A DNA stretch of 64,000 nt, taken from the NCBI GenBank assembly GCA_041745215.1, contig JBGTJJ010000040.1:15309-79308 (forward strand), given 5' to 3'. This document shows positions 18,800-26,648 of this stretch, one piece after another (position 1 is the stretch's first letter; each line of letters starts with the position of its first letter). The notes under the pieces are model-generated. The model saw only the letters and a program-made list of their open reading frames with translations, had not been told where the DNA came from and ran no database searches. Position numbers and translations under genes: made by a program. Source of the stretch: Rubrobacteraceae bacterium (GTDB lineage: Bacteria > Actinomycetota > Rubrobacteria > Rubrobacterales > Rubrobacteraceae).

Positions 18800-20035
18800 C
18801 TAACCTGAATCCTGCGGCGACTCCCCGACGTAACGCGCCCTGGGGCGTATTAGAGTGTCGCTAGCGTACTGCTCGATGGCGTGGCCGATCCACCCAACAG
18901 TCCGCCCCAAAGCGAACAGCGCGAGCGCCCCGCCCGGCGGCAACTCCAGGGCGCGGGCCAGCGTTACAAGCCCCAGGTCCAAGGTCGGTCGTTCACCCAG
19001 CACCTCCAGAGCAGCCGCGCGCGTGGCGGCGGACACTTGCACGGCTGCAGATCCCGGACGGGCTGTTTCGGACAGCCGGATCAACTCCGCCCCTCTCGGG
19101 TCGCCGCCGGGATAGAGTTGATGCCCGAAACCCGGTATGCTCTCCCCGCGCCTCAGACGACCACCCACGATATCCTGCGCATCCCCGGAATCTTCGACCT
19201 CCTGTAGCAGTTTCTCCACGAGCTCGATCTGGCCGCCGTGCTTCACACCCTGCATCGCGGAGAGACCCGCCGTAACCGCTGCGTAAGGTGTCGCCCCGGA
19301 CGAGGCGACGCAGCGAACGGCGAAAGTCGAGACGGGCAACTCGTGGTCGGCGCAGATAATTAGCGCGGCATCTATGAGACCTCTGGAGTCCGGATCTTCC
19401 GGTACCCAACCGCGTTGCAGAGCACCCGCAATGCTCCCACCCTCGACCCCGCCGGAGAGCCTTCCGGCCATTAGACGCAGGATGCGCCCCCCGGTCTTCG
19501 CTACAGACTCGGAACGAAGATCGTAGGCGGCAGAATCCCCCATGGCCGCGAGCGACAGCAGACTTTGTAAGCCCTCCAGCGACGTTGGGCGAAGACCCGA
19601 TTCTTTCTCTGCTACAAAGTGTCCTGTCGAGATATCCGGTCCAAGGATCTCGGTAGTGTCAGCCGGAAGCTCGCCGGTCCAGATCAGGGCCGCCACCTCC
19701 TCGATGCTCCGGCTCCGGGAGAGATCCAACGCGTCCCGCCCCCGATAGTAGATGCGCCCGTCGGTGACCAGCGTGATCCCGGACTCTAACATCGGCGCGC
19801 CCCAACGCAACACACCCTCCAATGCACGTTCCGGGTCCCGCCGCCGCTCTTTCCGCTCCAGGAGCCTCCGCACGTCCTCACCGTGGTAACGCCTGCTCCG
19901 CCGGCTCCCCCCAACCTCCTCCGAACGCACCAGCCCCCGGCTCACGTAAGCGTACAAGGTCGGCAGGCTCACCCCCAACCCCTCCGCCGCCTCCCGCGCA
20001 CTCAAATAACGCTTCTCTTCCGGCACCCCAGACAC
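18800..20035 (-). CDS. HTH DNA-binding domain fused to a citrate-synthase-like domain
   Basis: The N-terminus YLSAREAAEGLGVSLPTLYAYVSRGLV resembles a MerR/excisionase-type HTH. The remainder matches the citrate synthase fold (GVKHGGQ, PGFGHQLYP, LGRTVGWIGHAIEQ). GTG start. Confidence 0.8.
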   Translation of the reverse strand: MSGVPEEKRYLSAREAAEGLGVSLPTLYAYVSRGLVRSEEVGGSRRSRRYHGEDVRRLLERKERRRDPERALEGVLRWGAPMLESGITLVTDGRIYYRGRDALDLSRSRSIEEVAALIWTGELPADTTEILGPDISTGHFVAEKESGLRPTSLEGLQSLLSLAAMGDSAAYDLRSESVAKTGGRILRLMAGRLSGGVEGGSIAGALQRGWVPEDPDSRGLIDAALIICADHELPVSTFAVRCVASSGATPYAAVTAGLSAMQGVKHGGQIELVEKLLQEVEDSGDAQDIVGGRLRRGESIPGFGHQLYPGGDPRGAELIRLSETARPGSAAVQVSAATRAAALEVLGERPTLDLGLVTLARALELPPGGALALFALGRTVGWIGHAIEQYASDTLIRPRARYVGESPQDSG

Positions 20036-20089
20036 GCCCTTACGCCCTTCTTCAAACCTTGTCCCGTATAGACAAACATCATAACTTAC

Positions 20090-20107
20090 ATTGATTTATA
20101 AATCAAT
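20090..20107. promoter_or_regulatory. perfect 18-bp palindrome ATTGATTTATAAATCAAT in a divergent promoter region (candidate operator)
   Basis: Read directly; the reverse complement is identical. A third ATTGAT half-site follows at 20108-20113. Sits in the AT-rich 115-bp gap between the HTH-CS-like gene and citrate synthase. Confidence 0.45.
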
Positions 20108-20150
20108 ATTGATAACTAACTTTCAACCAACTACGATACCTTTAGGACAG

Positions 20151-21326
20151 ATGACGAAAGGAAGACTGATGGGCGAAGACCTGACAACCTCCTTCGTACC
20201 GGGTTTGCAGGGCGTGGTTGCGGCCGAGACCCGGCTCAGCAAGGTAGACGGCGCCAACGGAGAGCTCGTGATCTCCGGTTTTCCCGTAGAAGAGTTGGCG
20301 ACCAGGGCGTCTTTCGAGGAATGCGTGTATTTGCTCTGGCGAGACGTCTTGCCCGGAGCCGAAGAGTTGAAAGACCTCCGCAGGTCTCTGGCCGGAAGCT
20401 CGGGGTTATCCGGCGCGACACTGGACCTTCTGAGGGCGGCGGCGAAAGAGGGCGTCCCGGTTATGGACGCGCTACGGATGGCGGCGGGAACCGTCGGCCT
20501 GGAGACATCCAATGGTCCTTCCGATGAAGCTGGATACGATCGGGACGCTATGATGCTGGTGGCGCTGACTCCCGAGATAGTGGCGGCCTACTGGCGAATG
20601 CTAAACGGAGAAAAGGTCGTCGAGCCGGACCCGGATCTGGGATACGCGGAGAACTACCTGTACATGCTGACTGGAAAGGTTCCCGACGCCGAGCGCGCCC
20701 GCGCCCTGGAGACCTACCTCAACACGGTCGTGGATCACGGCATGAACGCCTCGACCTTCGCGGCCCGCGTCATCATCTCCACCCGCTCCGACATCGTCTC
20801 TGCCCTCGTGGGGGCGATCGGCGCGCTGAAAGGCCCGCTACACGGTGGCGCTCCGGGACCGGCGCTGGACGTAGTATTCGAGATCGGGGGAAAAGACAGG
20901 GCCGAACCATATCTGAGGGAGAAGATCGAAAGCGGAGAAAGGTTAATGGGCTTCGGCCACCGCGTCTACAAAGTCCGCGACCCCAGGGCCGATGTGCTCG
21001 CATCGGCTGCGGAGAGGCTGTACGAAAACGCGGGCGACACGGAACTCTACGAGCTGGCGCTACACGTCGAGAAGACCGCCGTGGCACTGCTCGAAGAGTA
21101 CAAACCAGGCCGCAACCTGCAGACCAACGTAGAGTTCTACACCGCGCTGCTCCTGCACGGCGTCAGCCTCCCGACGGAACTCTTCACCCCCACCTTCGCC
21201 ATCGGCCGGACGGCGGGCTGGACGGCGCACTGTATAGAGCAACGGGAACTCGACCGGATCATCCGCCCGGAGTCAGCCTACGTCGGCCCTGAGAACCGGG
21301 GTTGGGTTTCTCTAGAAGAAAGATAA
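20151..21326 (+). CDS. citrate synthase (short, type I/archaeal-like)
   Basis: Motifs GPLHGGAPG, MGFGHRVYK and GRTAGWTAHCIEQ. Start set at the ATG at 20151; the ATG at 20169 is an alternative, and the track's TTG at 20091 lies inside the operator region. Confidence 0.9.
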   Translation: MTKGRLMGEDLTTSFVPGLQGVVAAETRLSKVDGANGELVISGFPVEELATRASFEECVYLLWRDVLPGAEELKDLRRSLAGSSGLSGATLDLLRAAAKEGVPVMDALRMAAGTVGLETSNGPSDEAGYDRDAMMLVALTPEIVAAYWRMLNGEKVVEPDPDLGYAENYLYMLTGKVPDAERARALETYLNTVVDHGMNASTFAARVIISTRSDIVSALVGAIGALKGPLHGGAPGPALDVVFEIGGKDRAEPYLREKIESGERLMGFGHRVYKVRDPRADVLASAAERLYENAGDTELYELALHVEKTAVALLEEYKPGRNLQTNVEFYTALLLHGVSLPTELFTPTFAIGRTAGWTAHCIEQRELDRIIRPESAYVGPENRGWVSLEER

Positions 21327-21351
21327 CTGAGTAAGAGGTTCTGTTGAGCGA

Positions 21352-21379
21352 GAAGTCGATAAATCAGAACGTCGACTTC
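21352..21379 (+). terminator. hairpin 25 nt after the citrate synthase stop (GAAGTCGA-N12-TCGACTTC)
   Basis: Perfect 8-bp inverted repeat read in the sequence. There is no U-tract, so terminator function is uncertain. Confidence 0.3.
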
Positions 21380-21414
21380 ACCTCCTATCGACGAGCTCGT
21401 TCTCACGATGGCGG

Positions 21415-21615
21415 TTAATTTCTTTGGTCTTGCCTATTGGTCTCGCTGAACAGTGTTTTGAACAAGTCTTTAAAGGTTTTCGCTTCTTCCGCTTCGTGCT
21501 GCTTACCATTAGACGCTTCTTCACACGTGATGAACAAGCTTTTGGAAGATCTGCCGACTAAGTAAGTAGTGCTACCCTCGAAAGTTCCACTGACCACTCC
21601 ACCCAACAAGGGCAC
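21415..21615 (-). CDS. hypothetical small protein (AT-rich island)
   Basis: 66-aa ORF with a GTG start and no recognisable family. Could be a gene fragment. Confidence 0.25.
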   Translation of the reverse strand: MPLLGGVVSGTFEGSTTYLVGRSSKSLFITCEEASNGKQHEAEEAKTFKDLFKTLFSETNRQDQRN

Positions 21616-21723
21616 GGCTTTGTAATGTCAAATATATAGTGACATAGTAAGCTAACGTGCTGTAGTTACTGTGCCAGTCGAACGCAGGTTACTGCTTGGC
21701 CCAGTACACTCTATCTGGTCGCT

Positions 21724-21978
21724 TTACTCTTTTGTTAAGTGCTTTGGCAGCACGGAGTAGAATGCATTGTCTCCGTCTGGTTGCACTTGGATGTAGACTT
21801 CGTTTGCGTCTGGCCCGTTAATCGGCGTAGCTGCACCTATCACTGTACCGCTCTTGCCAGCGATGCCCTTTTCTTTGTTCTCTTGCGAATCCGTGATTGA
21901 CACCCTCAACCCCTCAAGCAATGCCCCAAGTCCTACAGACGGCACAATCGTTACTCCCTTCCATCCCACTTGACCCAA
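21724..21978 (-). CDS. hypothetical small protein, SH3-like/DUF4926-Imm31-like pattern
   Basis: 84-aa ORF with a TTG start. The pattern GLRVSI...GIAGKSGTVIG...EVYIQV...FYSVLPKHL resembles small beta-barrel immunity or antitoxin-type domains. The similarity is weak. Confidence 0.4.
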   Translation of the reverse strand: MGQVGWKGVTIVPSVGLGALLEGLRVSITDSQENKEKGIAGKSGTVIGAATPINGPDANEVYIQVQPDGDNAFYSVLPKHLTKE

Positions 21979-22095
21979 GCATCGTACAGTATTTCTATTG
22001 TACCCTGTTGGAAAAATAACTGTGGTATAAATCTCGGCATGGCGTACAATTAGCTTTAATCGTGTCGCTCCGTGGGAACATTAATGAGATAGATT

Positions 22096-22665
22096 ATGCA
22101 CTGGTTCTCTAGCGATGTGAGAATTATGGCTGTCGTTATCGTTTCTCTGCTGTTGTTGAAGTTCGTCCTCAACTTAGCTCGTTTCGTACGAATGAAACGC
22201 TACCTAGAAAAGTATAAGAAATGGCACTCGACGAGGGACGAGAAATTCCTGGAGTCGAAATCGCAAGTGGTCAGGTTGGTAAGGGACGCTGGTGTAAGCG
22301 ACCAACGCATTAGTGTGAGTGAACATGTGGGCTACGGAAATCTGCGAGTGACCGAAGCGTCGGTAATGGACAACTTCCCGCACCTCAGCCAAGATATGTC
22401 TAGTGCCGCACAGCGGCTTATGCGCGAAGCCATAGGAACCTACCGAGCAAGGATGCGGGAAACATTTAACCCCTTGTATTGGATTGAATATCTCGTTTAC
22501 TTACCGAGGGAAGTGCTTGATTACTTAGGAGTGCCAGCCGAAAGCATCTTCGTTAAGGTATTGCAGATTGTATGGTGGGCAATAGGGACAATACTTAGCC
22601 TATTGTATGTCGTGTACAGACCAGAGATAAGAGTACTTATCGAGCGCTGGATTACATCGGGTTGA
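22096..22665 (+). CDS. hypothetical membrane protein (AT-rich island)
   Basis: 189-aa ATG ORF with an N-terminal TM (IMAVVIVSLLLLKFVLNL) and a C-terminal TM (VLQIVWWAIGTILSLLYVV). An extended -10-like TGGTATAAA lies upstream. No family recognised. Confidence 0.55.
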   Translation: MHWFSSDVRIMAVVIVSLLLLKFVLNLARFVRMKRYLEKYKKWHSTRDEKFLESKSQVVRLVRDAGVSDQRISVSEHVGYGNLRVTEASVMDNFPHLSQDMSSAAQRLMREAIGTYRARMRETFNPLYWIEYLVYLPREVLDYLGVPAESIFVKVLQIVWWAIGTILSLLYVVYRPEIRVLIERWITSG

Positions 22666-22843
22666 GTTCGATATATTCGAAGGGGTGTCTTAAATCTGCT
22701 CTAGAGCAAGTCGGGAAACTGTACAGTATTGGTAGAGAGAAGAAAGCGGAGCAGTTAAAGGATAAGTTGAACACGTTACAGGAGCTGGTGAAAAGAGGGT
22801 GATTTGTTTGTAAGAGTACAGCAAATCGAGTGCTGTACGGGCA

Positions 22844-22875
22844 TAAAAAACGGCCCCTGGCAAAAACCAGGAGCC
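22844..22875 (-). terminator. intrinsic terminator (minus sense): GGCUCCUGG-UUUUUG-CCAGGGGCC followed by GUUUUUU
   Basis: 9-bp GC-rich stem (one G-U) with a 6-nt loop and a U6 tract, read on the minus strand. Confidence 0.6.
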
Positions 22876-23102
22876 GTACCTTCTGAGTGTTACGCAGGTA
22901 TCTGGTATTTCAGCACGCCGCCTTCAACTACCGAAGAGGCGGTACAGGAAATAACCCGGTACTCCGCAAGGGTTTTGGCGGGACTAGGTCAGAGCCACCT
23001 CTTCCAGAAGATACCCACGTCTACTACTCGGTGCGTCGATCTGGATCACCTCCTCTCCGTGCCGTCAACTAGCGGAGATTCTACTATCCCTAAATATCTC
23101 CG
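22845..23102. ncRNA. candidate structured RNA containing 16S rRNA helix-45 and anti-SD-tail sequences (strand unresolved)
   Basis: No credible ORF. On the + strand: CTGGATCACCTCCT at 23041-23054, GGTGCG at 23030-23035 and AGCCGTACC at 22872-22880. Nested long-range helices 22885-22888/23026-23029 and 22892-22902/23010-23020. Hairpins or terminators at both ends. Confidence 0.4.
23073..23102. terminator. hairpin CGGAGAT-N16-ATCTCCG, 20 nt downstream of the cinA stop
   Basis: 7-bp inverted repeat read in the sequence. A U-rich run follows in the + sense (UAUUUUCAAGAUUUAUUUUU). Possibly a bidirectional terminator. Confidence 0.35.
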
Positions 23103-23121
23103 GCAAGAGTATTTTCAAGAT

Positions 23122-24405
23122 TTATTTTTCTTCCAACCGCCGCCGCAGAATATCGAAGGCCCGATTCGCGCTCCGCTCCCGGATCGCCTCCCGCGAACGA
23201 CGCCAGGCCGAGAGGTCCAACTCCTCCGCAAATGTCTCTTTTTCGTCGGAGACCCCGATCCAGACGAGACCTACCGGCTTCTCTTCCGTCCCGCCATCCG
23301 GCCCGGCGACCCCCGTAACGGAGAGCCCGTAATCCGAACCGGCTACCTCCCGCGCTCCCTCCGCCATCTCACGGGCGACGGCCTCGCTCACGGCCCCATG
23401 CTCCATCAGGGTCTCGCGCTTTACTCCGAGCAGGCGCTCTTTGGCGTCGTTTGAGTAGGTGACGAGGCCTTCCTGAAAATACGCCGAAGAACCGGCGCTG
23501 TCAGTGAGGCGTTTGGCGAGCAAGCCTCCGGTGCAACTCTCGGCGAGGGCCAGCGTGGTGCCGCGCTCTTCGAGCAAGCGTCCAACGGCGCTCTCAAGGG
23601 TCTCTTCGTCTTCGCCGAAGTAGTAGTCGCCGAGCCGGGAGAGTATCTCCTGGGCTACGGGCTCTATCTTTTCTTCGGCTTCTTCGGGGGTGGCGGCGCG
23701 GCTGGTGATGCGGAGGCGGACCTTGCCCTGACCGGCGAGCGGGGCTACCGTCGGGTCTTCGGCGTCGAGCAAGTCCTGGACTTTCTCCGCGAGCGCGGAT
23801 TCGCCCATTCCGGAGAACCAGAGAGTTTTGGAGACGATGGAGCCGTCGCTGCGTTCCCGAACCAGCGGGGCGAGAGTCTCGCCGAACATACCCTTCATCT
23901 CCCCCGGCACGCCGGGGAGTGTGGCGAAAAGCGTCCCGTCGATTTCGAGGAGCGCGCCCATCGCCGTGCCTAGGGGGTTGGGGATCAGGGTGGTCCCCTC
24001 CGGGAACAGGGCCTGCTTGTAGTTGGATGGCGTCGGCTTGCGACCGAAGCGGGCGAACATGTCTTCGACGTGCCGCCGGGCCTCCTCGTACTCGACCATC
24101 TCCCGGCCCGACAATAGCGCCAGGCACTCGTTCGTCAGGTCGTCGGATGTAGGGCCGAGTCCACCGGTGGTAATTACCAGGTCGGAACGCGCGGCGGCGT
24201 CACGCATCGCGCCGACTACCCGGTTCCGGTTGTCTCCAACGGTGGTGTGCCGGTAGATGCCGACGCCGAGCTCCGCGAGGTGGGTGCTGAGCCAGGCCGT
24301 GTTGGTGTCCACCAGCGCCCCGAGCAGCATCTCGGTGCCGATAGTAATGATCTCCGCTCTCTCGATGTTACGTTCTTCGGATTTCCGTTCGTGGTTTTTT
24401 TGCAT
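23122..24405 (-). CDS. cinA: competence/damage-inducible protein CinA (MoCF-like N-domain plus nicotinamide-nucleotide amidase C-domain)
   Basis: N-terminal [13 protein letters not shown]...[13 protein letters not shown] and C-terminal ESCTGGLLA...GPDGG. Confidence 0.9.
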   Translation of the reverse strand: MQKNHERKSEERNIERAEIITIGTEMLLGALVDTNTAWLSTHLAELGVGIYRHTTVGDNRNRVVGAMRDAAARSDLVITTGGLGPTSDDLTNECLALLSGREMVEYEEARRHVEDMFARFGRKPTPSNYKQALFPEGTTLIPNPLGTAMGALLEIDGTLFATLPGVPGEMKGMFGETLAPLVRERSDGSIVSKTLWFSGMGESALAEKVQDLLDAEDPTVAPLAGQGKVRLRITSRAATPEEAEEKIEPVAQEILSRLGDYYFGEDEETLESAVGRLLEERGTTLALAESCTGGLLAKRLTDSAGSSAYFQEGLVTYSNDAKERLLGVKRETLMEHGAVSEAVAREMAEGAREVAGSDYGLSVTGVAGPDGGTEEKPVGLVWIGVSDEKETFAEELDLSAWRRSREAIRERSANRAFDILRRRLEEK

Positions 24406-24427
24406 TCCGGTATTCTACAATCCCCGG

Positions 24428-25090
24428 ATGGAAGAACGCTCGAAATACACCGACTCCGTAGACGACTTCGTGGAAACCGCCGGCGCCTTCGCCCGCGAAA
24501 GGCTCTCGGAAAAGCGCTACGCCCACACGATCCGGGTCGCAGAGACCGCCGAACGCCTGGCCGCCGTTCACGGTCTGGACCGGCGTCGGACGCGCCTCGC
24601 CGCACTACTGCACGACGCCGCTCGGGAACTCCCGCCCGAAGAATATCTACAACTGGCCGAGAAGTGGGATCTCTGGATGGGCGAGCCAGAACGCGAAAGT
24701 CCCAAGCTCCTTCACGGTCCTGTGGCAGCGTCGTTTGCAAGGGAAGAGCTTGGTGTCGAAGATGAGGAAGTCCTGGACGCCGTCCGGGTTCACACCGTCG
24801 GGAGTCCGGGGATGGGGCCACTCGCGCTCGCCCTCTACGTGGCGGATAAGATCGAACCGGAACGCGACTACCCGAGCGTGGAACGGCTCCGGGAGTTAGC
24901 CGCCAAAGACCTCTACGAAGCCGCCAGAGAAGCCCTGAAAAGGTCCCGCGATTACAACGAACAACGCGGACGTCCGACACACCCGGCAAGCCTGAAGACC
25001 CTGAAGTGGCTAGAGGAGACCGTCCACGAAAGGATAGACCAGGGAGATAGAGACACCCACGAAGGCGAGCACGACCAGCGCCACGAGTAG
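24428..25090 (+). CDS. yqeK: HD-domain bis(5'-nucleosyl)-tetraphosphatase (YqeK family)
   Basis: Trimmed to the ATG at 24428. Motifs RYAHTIRVAETA, ALLHDAAR and LYVADKIEP. Confidence 0.8.
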   Translation: MEERSKYTDSVDDFVETAGAFARERLSEKRYAHTIRVAETAERLAAVHGLDRRRTRLAALLHDAARELPPEEYLQLAEKWDLWMGEPERESPKLLHGPVAASFAREELGVEDEEVLDAVRVHTVGSPGMGPLALALYVADKIEPERDYPSVERLRELAAKDLYEAAREALKRSRDYNEQRGRPTHPASLKTLKWLEETVHERIDQGDRDTHEGEHDQRHE

Positions 25091-25564
25091 CTCGACCACT
25101 CCCCCGCTCTTGAAGCCCCCAGGAAAGAGCCTGAACGTCCCTCCAAAAGGCCAGAGGAGCGGCACGCCCCGAGTATTCAGCGCGTCGGCGACGATGTGCG
25201 AGGCGTAACCGGCCACGAGCGCGTAGAAGAAGTTCGGGTAGTCTCCCAGGAGCAGCCACACGGGCAATGTAAAAAGCGCCAACCCCAGCAAAGAGTGGGT
25301 CAACGTCCGGTGTCCGACGGTCCTGAGAAGCAGGAAAGACGTGATCCGGAGCACCCAACTCAGGGGCCGGGTGACCAGGTTCAGGACCGGGCTCTTCAGG
25401 CGGCTCAGGCCGTTTCCCAGACGGCTGCGGGGGTTATCCACGTCCGGCACCCACGCGGCGACGACCGCCGCCGGATAGACGTAGATAGACGGCTCGGTCC
25501 CGGCGAGGAGCGCGGTCCCCGTCAGGGCCGCGACCCCGAAGATGGCGTGTGTAGTGGCATTCAA
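25010..25564 (-). CDS. membrane-bound metal-dependent hydrolase (YdjM/DUF457 family)
   Basis: Polytopic protein with GHRTLTHS and SHIVADALNTRGVPLLWP motifs. Its 3' end overlaps yqeK convergently by 81 nt. Confidence 0.7.
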   Translation of the reverse strand: MNATTHAIFGVAALTGTALLAGTEPSIYVYPAAVVAAWVPDVDNPRSRLGNGLSRLKSPVLNLVTRPLSWVLRITSFLLLRTVGHRTLTHSLLGLALFTLPVWLLLGDYPNFFYALVAGYASHIVADALNTRGVPLLWPFGGTFRLFPGGFKSGGVVELLVALVVLAFVGVSISLVYPFVDGLL

Positions 25565-25728
25565 TCCGGGATGCAGTGTAGCAACTCGGAGGATAGACGT
25601 TCGTCATCCAGCAATCTTGGTTGCGCTTCAGGTAAGACTTCTCTATACTTCTTCTTATGCTTTGAAGAGAATGGAATACGTGCAACCCTGAGGATCCCGG
25701 CCAAGGGTTTTGCATGCCTGTTCACCGT

Positions 25729-25744
25729 TGTTGCATGTGCAACA
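25729..25744. promoter_or_regulatory. inverted repeat TGTTGCA-TG-TGCAACA (candidate operator)
   Basis: 7-2-7 inverted repeat read in the sequence. Related half-sites TGCAAC (25681) and TTGCATG (25710) lie in the same divergent intergenic region. Confidence 0.3.
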
Positions 25745-25762
25745 GTTCCAAAAGCTTCCGGG

Positions 25763-26626
25763 ATGGCTGCGAGGGGAAATATGCATCAGAAATCCGGTAA
25801 GGCGAGCTTCGGGCACATCTACGACCTCGAAGATCCAAGAGAGTATTATAGCACTCTGGGAGGCATGGACTACAGGGCCCCGGAACACGGCCAGCGGCTG
25901 TTCTCCACGCTCATAGAGAAGCGGGGCAACGGTAATGGGCCGGTGAACGTGGTGGACTTGTGCTGCTCTTACGGCATCAACGCCGCGCTGCTGAAGTACG
26001 ACGTTGCCCTTGATGACCTCTACGATAGGTACTCCTCGGATAATCTGCCGCTCTCCGGCGACGAGCTGGCGGAGTCCGACGCCGCGTACTACGCAGACCG
26101 CGAGAAGGAAGACGCGCCTCGGGTAGTCGGCGTGGACGCGGCGGGCAACGCGGTTTCCTACGCGCTCAAGGCCGGGCTCCTCGATGCCGGCGCGGGCGAA
26201 AACCTTGAGAACGGGCCGCCCTCGGAGGCGCTCCGGCGCGAGGTTTCGGATACGGATCTCTTCACCGTCACGGGCGGCATCGGGTACATCTCGGAGCGCA
26301 CCTTCGACCGGCTGCTCGGCTGCGTGGACGAGACGCGGGATCCCTGGGTCGCGGTGCTCGCTTTGCGGTGGGTCTCGTACGAGAAGATTTCCGAGGTCCT
26401 CGGCGGGTACGGGCTCGTGACCGAGAAACTCGAAGGACACACCTTCGAGCAGCGACGCTTCGCCGACGAGGAGGAGCAAGAGTACGTCTGCGGCGAGCTC
26501 GAGCGCATGGGCATCGACACGGAAGGGAAAGAGGGCGAGGGTAGCTACCACGCCGAGTTCTACCTCTCCCGGCCCGAGAAGCAAGCTTCGGAGGCGAGCG
26601 TAGAAGAGTTGGTCGGCTTAGCCTAA
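25763..26626 (+). CDS. putative class I SAM-dependent methyltransferase-like protein
   Basis: Trimmed to the ATG at 25763 (alternative 25781). Motif-I-like VVDLCCSYGINAA and an acidic post-I VVGVDAAGNAV. The family call is tentative. Confidence 0.5.
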   Translation: MAARGNMHQKSGKASFGHIYDLEDPREYYSTLGGMDYRAPEHGQRLFSTLIEKRGNGNGPVNVVDLCCSYGINAALLKYDVALDDLYDRYSSDNLPLSGDELAESDAAYYADREKEDAPRVVGVDAAGNAVSYALKAGLLDAGAGENLENGPPSEALRREVSDTDLFTVTGGIGYISERTFDRLLGCVDETRDPWVAVLALRWVSYEKISEVLGGYGLVTEKLEGHTFEQRRFADEEEQEYVCGELERMGIDTEGKEGEGSYHAEFYLSRPEKQASEASVEELVGLA

Positions 26627-26648
26627 GGCCTGTACAGGTGCCATGCGG

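Noticed and set aside
21984-22730. 10-bp direct repeat GTACAGTATT flanking the 189-aa ORF (21984-21993 and 22721-22730), considered as a target-site duplication
   Set aside because: In a roughly 1.8-kb AT-rich region about one chance 10-mer repeat is expected (about 1.6e6 position pairs against 4^10). There are no terminal inverted repeats and no transposase.
22662-22802. About 46-codon open frame ending ...EQVGKLYSIGREKKAEQLKDKLNTLQELVKRG (coiled-coil-like)
   Set aside because: There is no ATG, only a TTG overlapping the end of the upstream gene. It is too short to assess and may be a remnant of a disrupted gene.
22845-23102. Possibility that the 16S-like sequence marks a real rRNA gene or rrn operon
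   Set aside because: Only about 45 nt, in two blocks, resemble 16S. Nothing upstream resembles the rest of the 3' domain, and no 23S/5S genes or spacer tRNAs follow.
25010-25090. 81-nt convergent overlap of yqeK and the YdjM-like gene as a regulatory antisense feature
   Set aside because: The yqeK tail here is an unconserved-looking charged extension. The overlap is more likely a consequence of late stop-codon placement than a designed element.
24216-25358. 380-aa minus-strand ORF rich in Arg, Pro and Gly
   Set aside because: It lies out of frame or antisense over the well-supported cinA and yqeK genes. Its composition is typical of shadow ORFs in high-GC DNA, and it has no recognisable motifs.
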